This document shows, piece by piece, positions 1 through 11,533 of a stretch of DNA of 64,000 nt. The position numbers were made by a program, and so were the translations under genes. Positions within the stretch are counted from its first letter, which is position 1, and the number at the start of each line of letters is the position of its first letter. Under the pieces are notes generated by a model. It had not been told where the DNA came from. It did no database searches and saw nothing but the letters and a program-made list of their open reading frames with translations. This stretch comes from Microthyrium microscopicum. Its lineage: Eukaryota. The stretch is taken from contig MU004242.1 of NCBI GenBank assembly GCA_010405405.1, positions 915,769 to 979,768 on the forward strand. Reading direction: 5' to 3'.

Positions 1-1
1 G

Positions 2-388
2 GACCTTGTTCAAGAAATAAGTGAATATTCCACGCCAGATGTGAGATTTCTGGTAAATCTCAAAACTCTATATAGCAAACTCTGGACAGCTTGCAACAAG
101 ATTGAAGAGCTTAATGACCCCCAAGCGGACGATAGTGTTATCGTAACGACGTTCTTGCGCACTCTGAAGCATGCAAAGGACAGTATCATTCTAGCCAGGC
201 GGCTATTGACGGAAGCAACGCCTCCTGCCAGAGTAATTATTTATACAATCCCGCATCCAGATGCGACGAAGATATGGGACACGGATAATTTCAGCAGTCC
301 AATATGTCGTTCGAACAACGGCGAGCTGTATAATATTGCCGGAGATTACATAACCAGCTTGAAGAAGTTTCAGCAAGTATCTGATTGA
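2..388 (+). CDS. 3' end of an unknown protein-coding gene (runs in from the window edge)
   Basis: Frame is open from base 2 (DLVQEISEYSTPDVRFLVN...) to TGA at 386-388; no recognisable motif. Confidence 0.4.
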   Translation, partial: DLVQEISEYSTPDVRFLVNLKTLYSKLWTACNKIEELNDPQADDSVIVTTFLRTLKHAKDSIILARRLLTEATPPARVIIYTIPHPDATKIWDTDNFSSPICRSNNGELYNIAGDYITSLKKFQQVSD

Positions 389-1048
389 ATAAAATACTCG
401 AAGATCCAGAAACCTGTTGGTGGCATGGTCATATATTTCTTGTGCAAACTAATAAATAGCCTATGGCCATTGGCCTGGTTGCATCAGATGCCCAATGTTG
501 TACTAAAGATAAACCTGGAAGTTCCAAGGTTGGGAATGAGGTACTCGCCACCCCCTGAATTCATCTATCACGACGCTGACATGAAGTGTCAACCAGTGGA
601 CAAGAAAATAGCACCCCCCATCGATCAAGATGCTTCCGATCGTAGCTAGTCACAGGATGGTGCTTTATTATCCAGCGAATCCCAGAAATCGCCAGTTACT
701 CATGAATGTCTTTGGGCAGTAAAGTACACGGTGATAGAACGAAGGATATGGGAGCCAGCGAAGCTTGATGGGAGCACGTTAGGCATTTTATCCTTTGGTT
801 GAGCAGTCCTGTTACTCTGATAAATATAAACTCTTGAAAACTTGCATCCGATCCGATCATTCAGATATTGCTATACCCATAGCGAATGTCGGGTTAAATG
901 AAGGCTTTTCGGTCCTGATTGCACATGGCGAAAGTTGTCTTCATGATATAGACTTCATTGAAACATATCTGCGTATCCACATCAAGTCTATCGATCAAGC
1001 TCGAAGGATCAACTACCCAAGACCGTCCAACAAATCCCCGTCACCAAT

Positions 1049-3851
1049 CTAGTGACTAATATACTGGAACACAGCACTAATATCCTTCTCCTCAGTCTCC
1101 TGCCGCAGCAACAAATCCTCGATCTTTCCCATAGGACCTTTTGGTCCATCGTTGATGAAATGGTTCCACGTACTTGTATCTCCAAGAAGCATGGCACTGC
1201 TCTTGACAAACTGATGACCGTCTGGCTTACATCTTTTGCATCTGAACTTCTCGTGGGTATCAGACAGCGTTTCAGCTTGGTACTGGAATAATTCTCGCAG
1301 TGAGTCAAGGCTGAAATGCCGCTCCACGTCTTCAGCGCAATCAACAACAGCGTTACTTAGCGAAGCCTTGTGGCCTTGACGCTGGAAAATCTTCTCTTCA
1401 ATGGTACCCGTCGCAATGAAGCGGTAGACGAAACAGTCTTTCTTCTGCCCATCACGCCATACACGCGCAAGAGCTTGTTGGTCGGCAGCGGGATTCCAAC
1501 TGGAAATTGGTTAGTATAAGCTCATCGTAAGACATACGGTTTTGGTGAAATTCCTTGTTGAACAGTTGCTGCTCTGCTGAAACGCAATTTATTGGTATCC
1601 CACCAAATTGATGTTCAGCAAATCATGAAAGGTATGGATTTGGGGAGGTTTAATGCGGGTGAACTCACTCTGGGTCGAAAAGAATCAATCGGTTCGCGCC
1701 GATAAGATTGAGGCCGCAGCCTCCAGCTTTGCTACTCAACAGGAAAACCGACTCGGTCCCGGCTGGGTCGTTGAATTTGTCCACGAGCTTCTTGCGCTTG
1801 CTGGTTGTCATGGTGCCATCCAAACGTAAACAGCCATAGCCACGAGTGTGACATAGGCGACTAAAGATGTCCAGAGTCTGCGTGTAATTGCTGATGAGGA
1901 CAATTTTGTCATTGGTGTCGGCGTGAATTCGAGCAAGCATGCGGTCCAGAACTTGCATTTTTCCAGAGTACCAGGCTTTGACATCTCTATCGCGCCCTCT
2001 CGAGTCTTTTGGTACGAAATCATCCGGGAAAATGTCTTCGCAGCCGGGGAGATCATGAGGGAGATCTAAAAGATCGGGATGGTTGCAGAGCTTCTTCAAC
2101 AAGCCGATGGCTTTGAGAGGCTGACTACCTTTGCCACGAAGGAGGCTCTGGATTTCAGGCGATTTAATGAAATAATTGTAAAGGTCTTTTTGAAAAGGCG
2201 CTAAGTGACAGAACACAACGTGCTCGTACTTGCGAGGAAGATATTTGGACAGGATGGTGTTAGTTCGGCGGATGATAAATTTGTTTCTGCGGTTTATCAG
2301 TAATTGTACAGCTGAAGTATGGATGATAACTGTTGACATGCTAAAATGCCACTCTGTGGTACTTCGCCAGGATGGAGTCTAAGGATGATATTGCATGGAA
2401 AGACTTACACTTTAGTTAGCAATTCTGCGATGCAGTCATCGCCACGTTTCCGATCAGCCTCGGACGCATCTGAATCGCGGCCCTTGAGAATTGGAAGTTC
2501 GTATTTTTTGCGGAATTCCATGCGTGTGCCTAGATAATTTGGATTGGCGAAGTTAAGCAAGGCAAAATATTCGGATAAATCGTTTTGAATGGGTGTTCCA
2601 GAAAGAATGACACGCTTCTGTACATTCAACGAATTGAGCGCCACAAAAGTCTGGCTTTCTCCGTTCTTGAGACGATGCCCCTCGTCGCAAAGTAATAGTC
2701 CGATGGGAGTATCCTTGAGCTCATCGACATACATTCGAAGAGTCTCATAGGAAACAATAAGAACGGGTCTAACAACAGATCGTCCTGTAGACATTGCCCA
2801 TTGTCGCAGCTGCTGAATGAGCTGTTCTTTCGTAGCCTTGCCATCTATAGCAAAGGGGTGGATGGTACCTTTGCCCAGCCATTTGATCAGCTCATCAGCC
2901 CAGTTTCCAACCAAACTAGCTGGGCAAGCAATGACTGTCTTCTGAATAGTTGATTTTCCTGCTTCCGGTGACTGCTTGAGGAGAGTCCACATGAGAGTAA
3001 TGCATTGCAAAGTCTTTCCAAGTCCCATTTCGTCTGCCATGATACACCCATGTGCAGTGGAATCGATCAGTCCAGTGGTCGCGCGGTACATAAACTTGAC
3101 TCCTTCAATTTGATGTGGGCGTAAAATCTTTGAGAGGCGTGGATCGATAACGACCGGTACGCGTGGATTCTTCTCCTCGACCTTTTTCTTGATACCGAGA
3201 ATCTCTGACAATGTCCGATGGACGAGCGGAACATCCATTTCGATTTTCTTTTCCGGCTCGGGCGCTTTCAGCTCTTCTGGTGTTGCATCCGGCTTGTCGT
3301 CGATGGTTGGGTCATATAGAACTATAGCGAATTCTCCGCTAGGGTCATGAAGGGGCTTTGCCACCAGAACTCGACCTATTCGCATTCCAAGTAATGGGGC
3401 GGACCGGCCGGCATTGTAAGCACCAGTGTCCTTGTTCAATAGTGGAACAGAGAAGCGGGCGCGAAAAGCGGAATCCTTGTCTTTGACTTTGAAAACGGGA
3501 AATTTGTTGACTTCTCGAGAGGCAATGGCCAAGCGGTCGTCGTTGGTATACGGCTTATCTTCATCTGAAGCCTCATTCCCATCGGCATCTTTGTAGGATA
3601 TTCTTCTTCGTTTTCGAGCCGGTCTATCAGCATTGACTCTGTGGGTGGCGGATCCAGGACATCGAAAGGGTTTAACGAGACTGTCTACGGATCTGGGTGT
3701 TCCTCCATAGAGTCGAACGGGTTTTAGCGGAGTAACGTTCTCTTTGTTTTCCAAGCCATCAGCACCGAATGACTTCGTAAGCCGCGCCTTTGGACGATGC
3801 CTGCAGGTTGTTAGAACTTGAGAACAAAAGTGGCTGAGGCTGGACTGACAT
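1049..3851 (-). CDS. RAD54: DNA repair and recombination protein Rad54 (SNF2-family ATPase)
   Basis: Rad54 N-terminal [16 protein letters not shown], motif [14 protein letters not shown] box, [40 protein letters not shown]-terminus VFQYISH. Introns 3801-3849, 2287-2408, 1500-1668. Confidence 0.97.
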
Positions 3852-3986
3852 GGCGGTCTAAGGCGGAGGGAGAGGAGGAGCAATCTCGCAGGAATGTTAT
3901 GATGGGAGTCTGGACTTGGTGATGCTGGATTGGGGTCAGGGAAATATGCGTATTTCTGAGTAGATGGAGTTTGAATGTTTTCGGGA

Positions 3987-3992
3987 ACGCGT
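3987..3992. promoter_or_regulatory. MCB element (ACGCGT) upstream of RAD54
   Basis: Exact MluI cell-cycle box about 135 bp upstream of the modelled start, with a near-match CCGCGT at 4003-4008; MCBs are typical of fungal DNA repair gene promoters. A short motif could occur by chance. Confidence 0.4.
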
Positions 3993-5044
3993 CGACGTTG
4001 GACCGCGTTGAGTTGATCATTGAATCGCCACTGGCGCCTGATTGCCACGTGTTCATGTGACCGATAAGATCCCTCTCCAAATCTTATCTTAGCGCCGGAA
4101 TGACCCTATCTTTATTCTTCAAATGGTCGCTACTTCCCCTCTTCATCCTTAATTTGTGCCAGATAATTGGCATGCGCCCATCAAGTGCGATGTCTGCCAA
4201 CTACTACGCTTTCTTAGAGAGTTACCCGTCTCCCATCACGGGCGTAGATATTCGCTCAGTTGGTAGATTGAGATGGAGACCTCAGGTACACCTTCGTTAT
4301 AAACTGCAGTGGTAGCCATTGCCTCTGGTGAGAGCGTGCCATTCATTCTGTTGTCCAGTTGTCTGTCTATTGTTTAGGTGCGACGCGCTCTCTTCCAAGG
4401 TTCGTTTTCGTCTCTTCATCCTTCAGCTTATTACAACATTGTAGAACAGTACATTTAGGAACACCTTACCTGATTGTTTACTTTGAGGCTACCCCAGCAT
4501 GTCCAAATCTTAGCCGCCAAATCATGCCCTTTTCTCCCACCATGAAACCTTCACTCTTCCCCTGCATTATGTCCTTCAACAACAGTTTCAGATCCAACTG
4601 GCAGAACTCGATAATTGCTACTGGACCTGATCTACTCCAGCACTCCTTGAGATTTTTGCATGCTATATCTGTTCGACCCTGGCGTCTAATCCGCCTCATG
4701 CCGCAAGGCCAATCGCATATCCGGTTAAGGAAACAAACGGACATGTCAGAGGCTCGCATGTTACTTCTTCCCCAAAGAACACCTCGTGTAATAGATTGAT
4801 TATAATCAAGTCTCATTCCTACAAACGGATAACTGTCCCCAACTAATCTACAGACCTTTTCCATCTCTTTCATATACCTCTCTCGCCATCAGTTGCCAGA
4901 TCTTACTGACATCTTATCCATCGAAGCTATCGGTTGCCCTTCCCCAGAACTTGGATCATAGTCTGCCATCGGTCCCAACCCCAGATCGACACATGCATTA
5001 TTTCCCGTGAATCGCTCTTAGACTCTCTTCCAGTCTTTTAGACC

Positions 5045-6596
5045 ATGTATATTTCAACAACAATCATATTAGCCTTCGCCTATCGTGCTTTCGCAGACTC
5101 TGGCGCTGCCTTCCTTCAAGATGGCTCTGCATTATACTCCAGCGATCCCGTATCACTAACCACAGATGCCAACTGCGTCGAGAACGGAAACTGCGACGCT
5201 CTCGACATCAACTCCGACCATCTCTCATCCACTCTAACCAACTACGCCAAAGATTGGGCCCACCCCCCGAAATGCATACAATCTCAAAACGGTACAGACA
5301 AATACTGTCTCTACACCCACCATGCCTTCGCCAACAGCCGCGGCATATCCATTTTCACCACACCAGACAAGGCTGCCCGTCTACTCGAACTACCAGCATT
5401 TACCGATGAAACCGCACATACCAAAGTGAACAGCGAACCTGACCCACCGTATGAAGCACGCTCACTACCAGGCCGTGGAATTGGGCTAATCGCAAACCGC
5501 ACGTTACACAAGGGCGACCACATCTTCTCTAACACGCCAGTGATAATGGTCGAAGAATGGATCTTCAGCGAATTCGAAGAAGCACAGCGTCTTCCACTGC
5601 AAGAAGCAGCCATTCTCCAACTCCCCAAAGGCGCTCACGACAAATTCATGGCTCTCCATGGACACTTTGGCACAAATCCATACGATGACAACTTCAACAC
5701 CAATGCCTTTGCCATTGAAATTTGGCCAAACGATGAAGATGAAACTGCCTACAACGTCGTAATGCCCGAAATCTCCGTACGCAGCCCTCCCCATCCAAAC
5801 GATTTGCCGTACTAATATGAATCCATAGCGTCTGAACCACGACTGCCGCCCCAATGCCCACTACTACTTCGACCCACACACCCTAACCCACCATGTCCAC
5901 GCCCTCCGCACAATCTACCCAGGCGAAGAGCTCACAATCTCCTACATCGACCCAGCCCAAGCACTAGTTACCCGTACCACCGCCCTCAAAACATCCTGGG
6001 GCTTTGACTGTGCATGTTCCTCCTGTACCGCGCCACCACCACATGCCGCTGCCTCTGATGCACGCATCGCGCAACTACTAGCGCTCCAAAACAGCCTTGA
6101 GGACCACGCGCCCCTGACCAATCCAGGTGACGGCGTAGGCGCGGCAGAGCTGTTGGTGAGCTTGTATAAACAGGAACGCATCGAGGGACCGGTGTGTGAA
6201 GCGTATTCGTTGGCGGCGCACGAGTATGCTAGCGTGGGCGATGAGTGGAGTGCAGTGAAGTATGCAAGGCTGGCGGTCGAGAGTGGGTTGTTGTATGCGG
6301 GGCCGGACGGGGATGATGTTGTTGATATGCAAGAATTGTTGGCGGACCCAAAGGCGCATTGGTCATGGCGGTTTAGAGAGAGAAAGGGGGCGGAAAGTGA
6401 TGAAGAAGATGAAGAAGCGGATGAAGACGAAGATGAAGAAGGTGCTGATGAGGTGGAGAAGATGCCGGTGGAGGCGGAAAAGGAGAACGAGGAAGGAAAA
6501 GAGGGCCAATTTGAGGGAGCTGCGAAGTTGATGCAGAGGTTGGAGAGCGAGAGGCAGCGGTTGAAGCGAAAGGAAAGAGCGCTGGATGAGCTATGA
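5045..6596 (+). CDS. SET-domain protein with N-terminal signal peptide and C-terminal LDEL
   Basis: GRGIGLIANR, FNTNAF, RLNHDCRPNA, GEELTISY, post-SET WGFDCACSSC; intron 5777-5828 (gtacgc...actaat...tag); acidic tail. Confidence 0.9.
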
Positions 6597-6745
6597 ATTT
6601 TTACAGTGGTTAATGTACAAAATTTTGATATGGGCGCTTCATGAATGGATCACGTAAAAGGACTTGACTTTTAGCGTATACCTCATTATTTTGTTTGGTC
6701 CATTTAAATGAAGGATGTCTAACTTGTCACATCTGCTGGCTATGT

Positions 6746-8911
6746 CTAACTGGTCATATCTAATTTCTTTGGACGCGGTAAATGGACTTCGCCATCCTTC
6801 AAAGGAATACCTGCCTCTTTCCTAGCCATGTCATAGATCCATCGACTCTCTGGTTGAACCTTCTTGCCACTTACCAATTGATCTGCCAAAAACATCCAAT
6901 TAACAGCATTGCCAACAGTGCTAACCTCATCACTGACATGGCGCTTGGCATAATCACTCATTGTGTCCCGAAGCTTCTTGTCCTTGAACAGATCATCGAG
7001 GTGTTTGGCGACAGTCTTGTAGTCGCCGACCTCAACCAAGAAGCCACTCTTCTCATGCTCAACTTGCAATGGAATACCACCTGCTTTCGAGGCCACCACA
7101 GGTACTCCGTGATGGAGAGCTTCGCTGACTTTGACTTCAAAGCCTTCTCTTGTTGAAAGCTGCAGTGCTACATGTGCTTTGCCGATCAATACGTTCAGAG
7201 TCTGGTCTGCAGGGCCGACGCGGAGCAGAACGACATCTTCCTTGAGATCTGGATATTTTTCATCGAGTAGCGTCATCGTTTCATCGAAGACGATCGAAGC
7301 ATCCGGGTCATCAACACTTCCATGGCCAGCTAGTAGTAGCTGTGGTGTTTTGTTTTTAGGAGTATCACGCATGTACTCGCGGCGAAGATAGGCATACGAG
7401 GCTAGGACATCTGGAAGGCCTTTTGAAGGATCAAATCGTGCAATCTGTGCGATATATGGGCGAGCAGGGAATGCCAGCGTCGTCATGCCCGCACGATGGC
7501 AATCGTCGTTAAAGAGCTTCATGTAAAATCGTGCCGACCACTCATCCAGTGGCTTGTTCAGCCCATCTAGCCAGTCAGTGGTGGCAGGCATATATCCAAC
7601 TTTCGCGATCGGTACAACAGCTGGTACAAACTCGCGGACGGGATGACTAAGGAAGACGTCGGCGTGTTGAGCGGATTTCCAAACCCAGTTCCATACTTCA
7701 GCGGTTGGCGTGGAGGAGTCGTTGGCAAGATCAGAGCGAACTTGAATGTGACTGCGGAACAGAACAGGACGGTTTGGATCTTGCTCTTTGGCGATTCGTA
7801 CGAGAGACGGCATTTGAGGGTCGTCTACGATGATGATATCTGCGCCTCCTTTGCGTAAGGGGCCGTCTGCTGTGAGCCAGAATCGCTCAGCGTTTGAATG
7901 GACCCATTCTTCGAGTACTGCTTGTTTGTCCTCGGTGAGCCGTTCCTTTGGATCAGCTACGCCTTGGAGAATATTGTGATTTGTTTTTGTGATGCGAAAG
8001 ACCTCGGGCTTGGGTCTGGGGACATACCTACACCTTGTCAGCCTCGATCTACATGCTATCATAAAATTCTAAAGCTTACCATTTGCAGTCCACGCCCATA
8101 ATCGTAAAAAACCGAACCAATGCATGGCGCATCAAAGCGACTCCACCACCTTGCGGCGTACTGCTAAAGAATGCAATCTTGACCTTATCCTTCTTCAACC
8201 GGCCCACATACTCCAAAGCCGCCTCCCATGTCTCCTTCCGCACAGAATCCTTATATTCTGCCACATCAGCAATCTGCGCCCGCCCAGCACAGTCAACCTC
8301 AACCACGTTACGATGCCCCACCTGCAATCTTGGCTGTCCCGTCGGCCCAAAGAACATAACCGCCTTCCTTGACATCGCGTCTGCCTCTTCATCCAAATGC
8401 AACTGTGTATGATGCTCAATAGGTTCCAAAATCAAAGGTACGATATCTAAAGCAAGCCAAAGTCTCGCCGAGATCGAAGGCGCAAGCTCGGCCAGGCGCG
8501 TAGAAATTCCAGCGCCAGCGAACTTGTAGCAGTGCTCTTGGGCATATTTGCACAGGCGATCGATGATGTGGTCGGCAACGGCAGTGTCAACGGAATTGGT
8601 GGTTGCGGGCAGCGTTTCAACGGCGAAGTCGATATTGTAAGTGCCGTCGTGAGCGCTGAATGCTAGATCTATGCCGCCGGACTTAGCTTTAGCCGCAGAA
8701 ATGCCGAGATAGAGAGTCTACGATGTGTTAGTATGGCCTTTGGCATAGGGGACGAGTTCGTTACCTCGAGGGTGAGGCCATATTCTTCAGGTCTGCTTTT
8801 TACGCGCTCGAGGGTGGAGGCTGCGGTGACGGCTTTGAATTCGTGCTTTTGATGGCAGTTCAATGGTGATGCATCTTCTGGACTCTTTTTGTCTTTCGAT
8901 GATTCAGCCAT
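6746..8911 (-). CDS. Trehalose phosphorylase / trehalose synthase, GT4 family (Neurospora ccg-9-like)
   Basis: FFSSTPQGGGVALMRHAL, THNILQG-like motif, QIARFDPSKG, EGFEVKVSEAL; two introns near 8718-8765 and 8028-8079. Confidence 0.92.
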
Positions 8912-9154
8912 GGTCAGATTGTATTTGTTGTGTATTTTATTTTTCAAGTCTTCCACTTGATGCGAGGTTGTTGAAGCAAGGCGTAAAAGTGACCAAAGCA
9001 CGGTTACACAACAGCTATTAGGTAAGATCTAGTCTTTTAGACACTGCGACAATATCGTGATGGTAATTATTGGTAAGTAAGTTCAATTGGCATTCAAAAT
9101 GAGTCCGCCATCAGCCGGGTATAACACATGACAGAGAGAAAGTGGGCCACCACA

Positions 9155-9162
9155 TACGTCAT
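9155..9162 (-). promoter_or_regulatory. Possible ATF/CRE site (ATGACGTA) upstream of the trehalose gene
   Basis: Motif about 245 bp upstream of the ATG of a gene class that is usually stress-induced; short motif only. Confidence 0.25.
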
Positions 9163-9728
9163 GACAGAACTAGGAGGTGGCGAATATCGCAGCTTTTCAA
9201 CCTCATCCTTCAGCCTCACGCTTCAAAATCCTATCAACGCAAAATAAGTAGACCTTTGGAAACCACTCATTGATTTCATCTCATATGCTGTATATGACTT
9301 TACCACAGGTTCAACAAGCAGAAGAGGTCTAATTCGTTTGATAAGTGAAGATGTACTGAATCTTGCCTTGTCGATCTTCTTCATCGACCATAGTTCGTTC
9401 ATAGTTCGTCCACGGTGCCAGCATTGCGGCATTTGAGAGCAGCTGTAGAAAATGACAACATCGCCAATGTAGCCAGTAAAGAACATGTGGTGTTTGACAT
9501 CGCTTGGGATAAGCAATCTGCAGTTGCCATGGTGAGAAGAGGAGAAGGATAGAGTACGAAGAAGAGGGGAGAGCACAATCGATCTTTTGAAATTGTATGA
9601 TACTTTTAGAAGCAATTATCTCCAGAAAGAGAGGAGTAACCCCGAACATGTCCAAGATAGGGAAGCAGCGATCATGGTGGTGTAAATTTGTAGATTCCTT
9701 CAAGCCTCATCAAAGGTTCACTCGTAGC

Positions 9729-10379
9729 TCAAACATAAAATGCCTGATCCCAATCCTCTGCCTGCCAGTCATAATCGGGACTATCAGGCATCTCGTCACT
9801 ATCGTCATAATCCGGAAAACTAGGCTCTTCTCGGTTCTCCGTTCGCTCAGCTTTTTGTAATGCTTGCTTGCGCCGTAGCCTGTTCAGGTTATCCCTTTCG
9901 AAATCTGCCAGACATAGCAAACACTTTGATTGTGTCTTATCCTCCGTAGCACCTTTCTTGAAAATCCCACATCGAAAACAGATAACATGACAAACACCTC
10001 CAATGAAGATCTGCGAGCCACGAGAGTACCGCGTTGAGCCTGGCACAGATTGTATGCCACATCCGATGCAGAATCGTCTGTGTACATCGCCGCCATATCT
10101 GCTTTTCCGTCTCTTGAGCATATTGTCCGCGAACTTGGAGGCCGGGCGTAAACGCAAACAATAACGGCATGCATAAGAGTCGGTTTGCTTGCATATATCG
10201 GTCTCCTCTGCATCTAGAAGTTGTTGGTGTGTGAGCGGTTTAATGATACCATTGAAGTAAGCGCAGGTCATCTTGAGAATTACAACGGCCGGGAAGGGAA
10301 GGTGTCCGATTATTTCCTCTTGCAGCTCGAGTGGCAAGGCCAGTAAGTACGAAGTCGAAGGCATGGTTGTGATCAGCAT
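9729..10379 (-). CDS. F-box protein with Cys-rich C-terminal region
   Basis: LLALPLELQEEIIGHL...LKMTCAYF F-box; YACRYCLRLRP..KFAD, RFCIGCG and further CxxC pairs; intronless. Confidence 0.8.
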   Translation of the reverse strand: MLITTMPSTSYLLALPLELQEEIIGHLPFPAVVILKMTCAYFNGIIKPLTHQQLLDAEETDICKQTDSYACRYCLRLRPASKFADNMLKRRKSRYGGDVHRRFCIGCGIQSVPGSTRYSRGSQIFIGGVCHVICFRCGIFKKGATEDKTQSKCLLCLADFERDNLNRLRRKQALQKAERTENREEPSFPDYDDSDEMPDSPDYDWQAEDWDQAFYV

Positions 10380-11139
10380 ACAAAGAGAGCAAAATGGGCT
10401 GCTGGATACCAGAGGGCGTCTTTTGGGAGTTGTCTCAAGATTGCCTCAAGATTGAAGAACAGGATACGCAAGATGGGGATAGAAGAATGACGCTCAACTG
10501 AGCAACTGAGGTATATGAGGACCTCTTGACCAACGATTTGTGTAGCCGCAGCACACGTTATGGAACTGTGCCGCAAGACATGCAAACAAGCACTACTGTA
10601 AAGAAGACTTGAACAGCTTGTCCCACCCAATCAAGCGGCATATCCTACACTAACCAACAGGTACAAGGCAGTGCCAAAGATGTCAGCCCAAAGTCTATGG
10701 CCCATGTCTTCCTTTTCAAGCACTTGATGTTTCCTGCACCCCAGAGCCTGATCAGCATGCAGGATAAACGTGTTTAAACAACCTGTAATGTCCGAACAAT
10801 TGCAGGAAATCTATTTGCCGAACGAGACCAAGACGAAGATGGTTCAGAGATAGATAGAAAGAAAAACCAAAAAGATCGTATTAAGCTAGTAATCATGTAC
10901 ATCATATCATACCCACGCTACTCTGCCTCGTTAATGATCGTAAAATATGGTTGTGTATGAGGCCGGAGGAGACAAATTTCGATCGACGCCAGGATAATTC
11001 CCACCCCTGTGGTCCTGCTCATCTCTTCAGCCTTGCAAGCAATCATCCCACTACTGTATATCAATCCTCTCGTTGCCTCCAAGTATTTCGATAGTCCAGT
11101 TCCCCGCTGCAACTGCTCATGTTTCGTTCCTAACATGGT

Positions 11140-11533
11140 TCACCGTCTCCAGTTTCCAATGCTTGGAAATGGATTGGTTCCATCCCATTGACGACTCCAA
11201 CGGGAATTTGACCTGTTTGTATTCTGTGAAGATGTTGACGTTGATGCTGAGTAGCTCGTGTCCCGACTCGAAGATCGTTTGCTCGTTCTTCCGGGGCGGG
11301 AAGTCGTTTGGCTTCTTAGGCTCGCGGCACTGGGGTCGTAAGGGGGCGCATAGACATATTCGCCGTTGACGTATGTCGCAGTGCTTTGGTAGCAGACTCT
11401 ATCTTTCCGGAGTATATATTTATCCTCTAGCTGACGCAGCTCGAGGCCTATGCATTTTGTTAGGCTTGCGAAATGTAATTAATGTAGTCCGCAACTTACG
11501 AGATTGTAGCTTTTCGAGAATATTGCGAATCAT
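11140..11533 (-). CDS. Small fungal hypothetical protein (113 aa), absent from the ORF track
   Basis: ATG at 11533, intron 11448-11499 (gtaagt...ctaac...tag), giving MIRNILEKLQSRLELRQLEDKYILRKDRVCYQSTATYVNGEYVYAP followed by a Ser-rich tail. Confidence 0.7.

Noticed and set aside
3852..4048. N-terminal extension of the 547-aa RAD54 ORF
   Set aside because: Starts at GTG and reads through promoter, UTR and intron 1; the spliced ATG model fits better.
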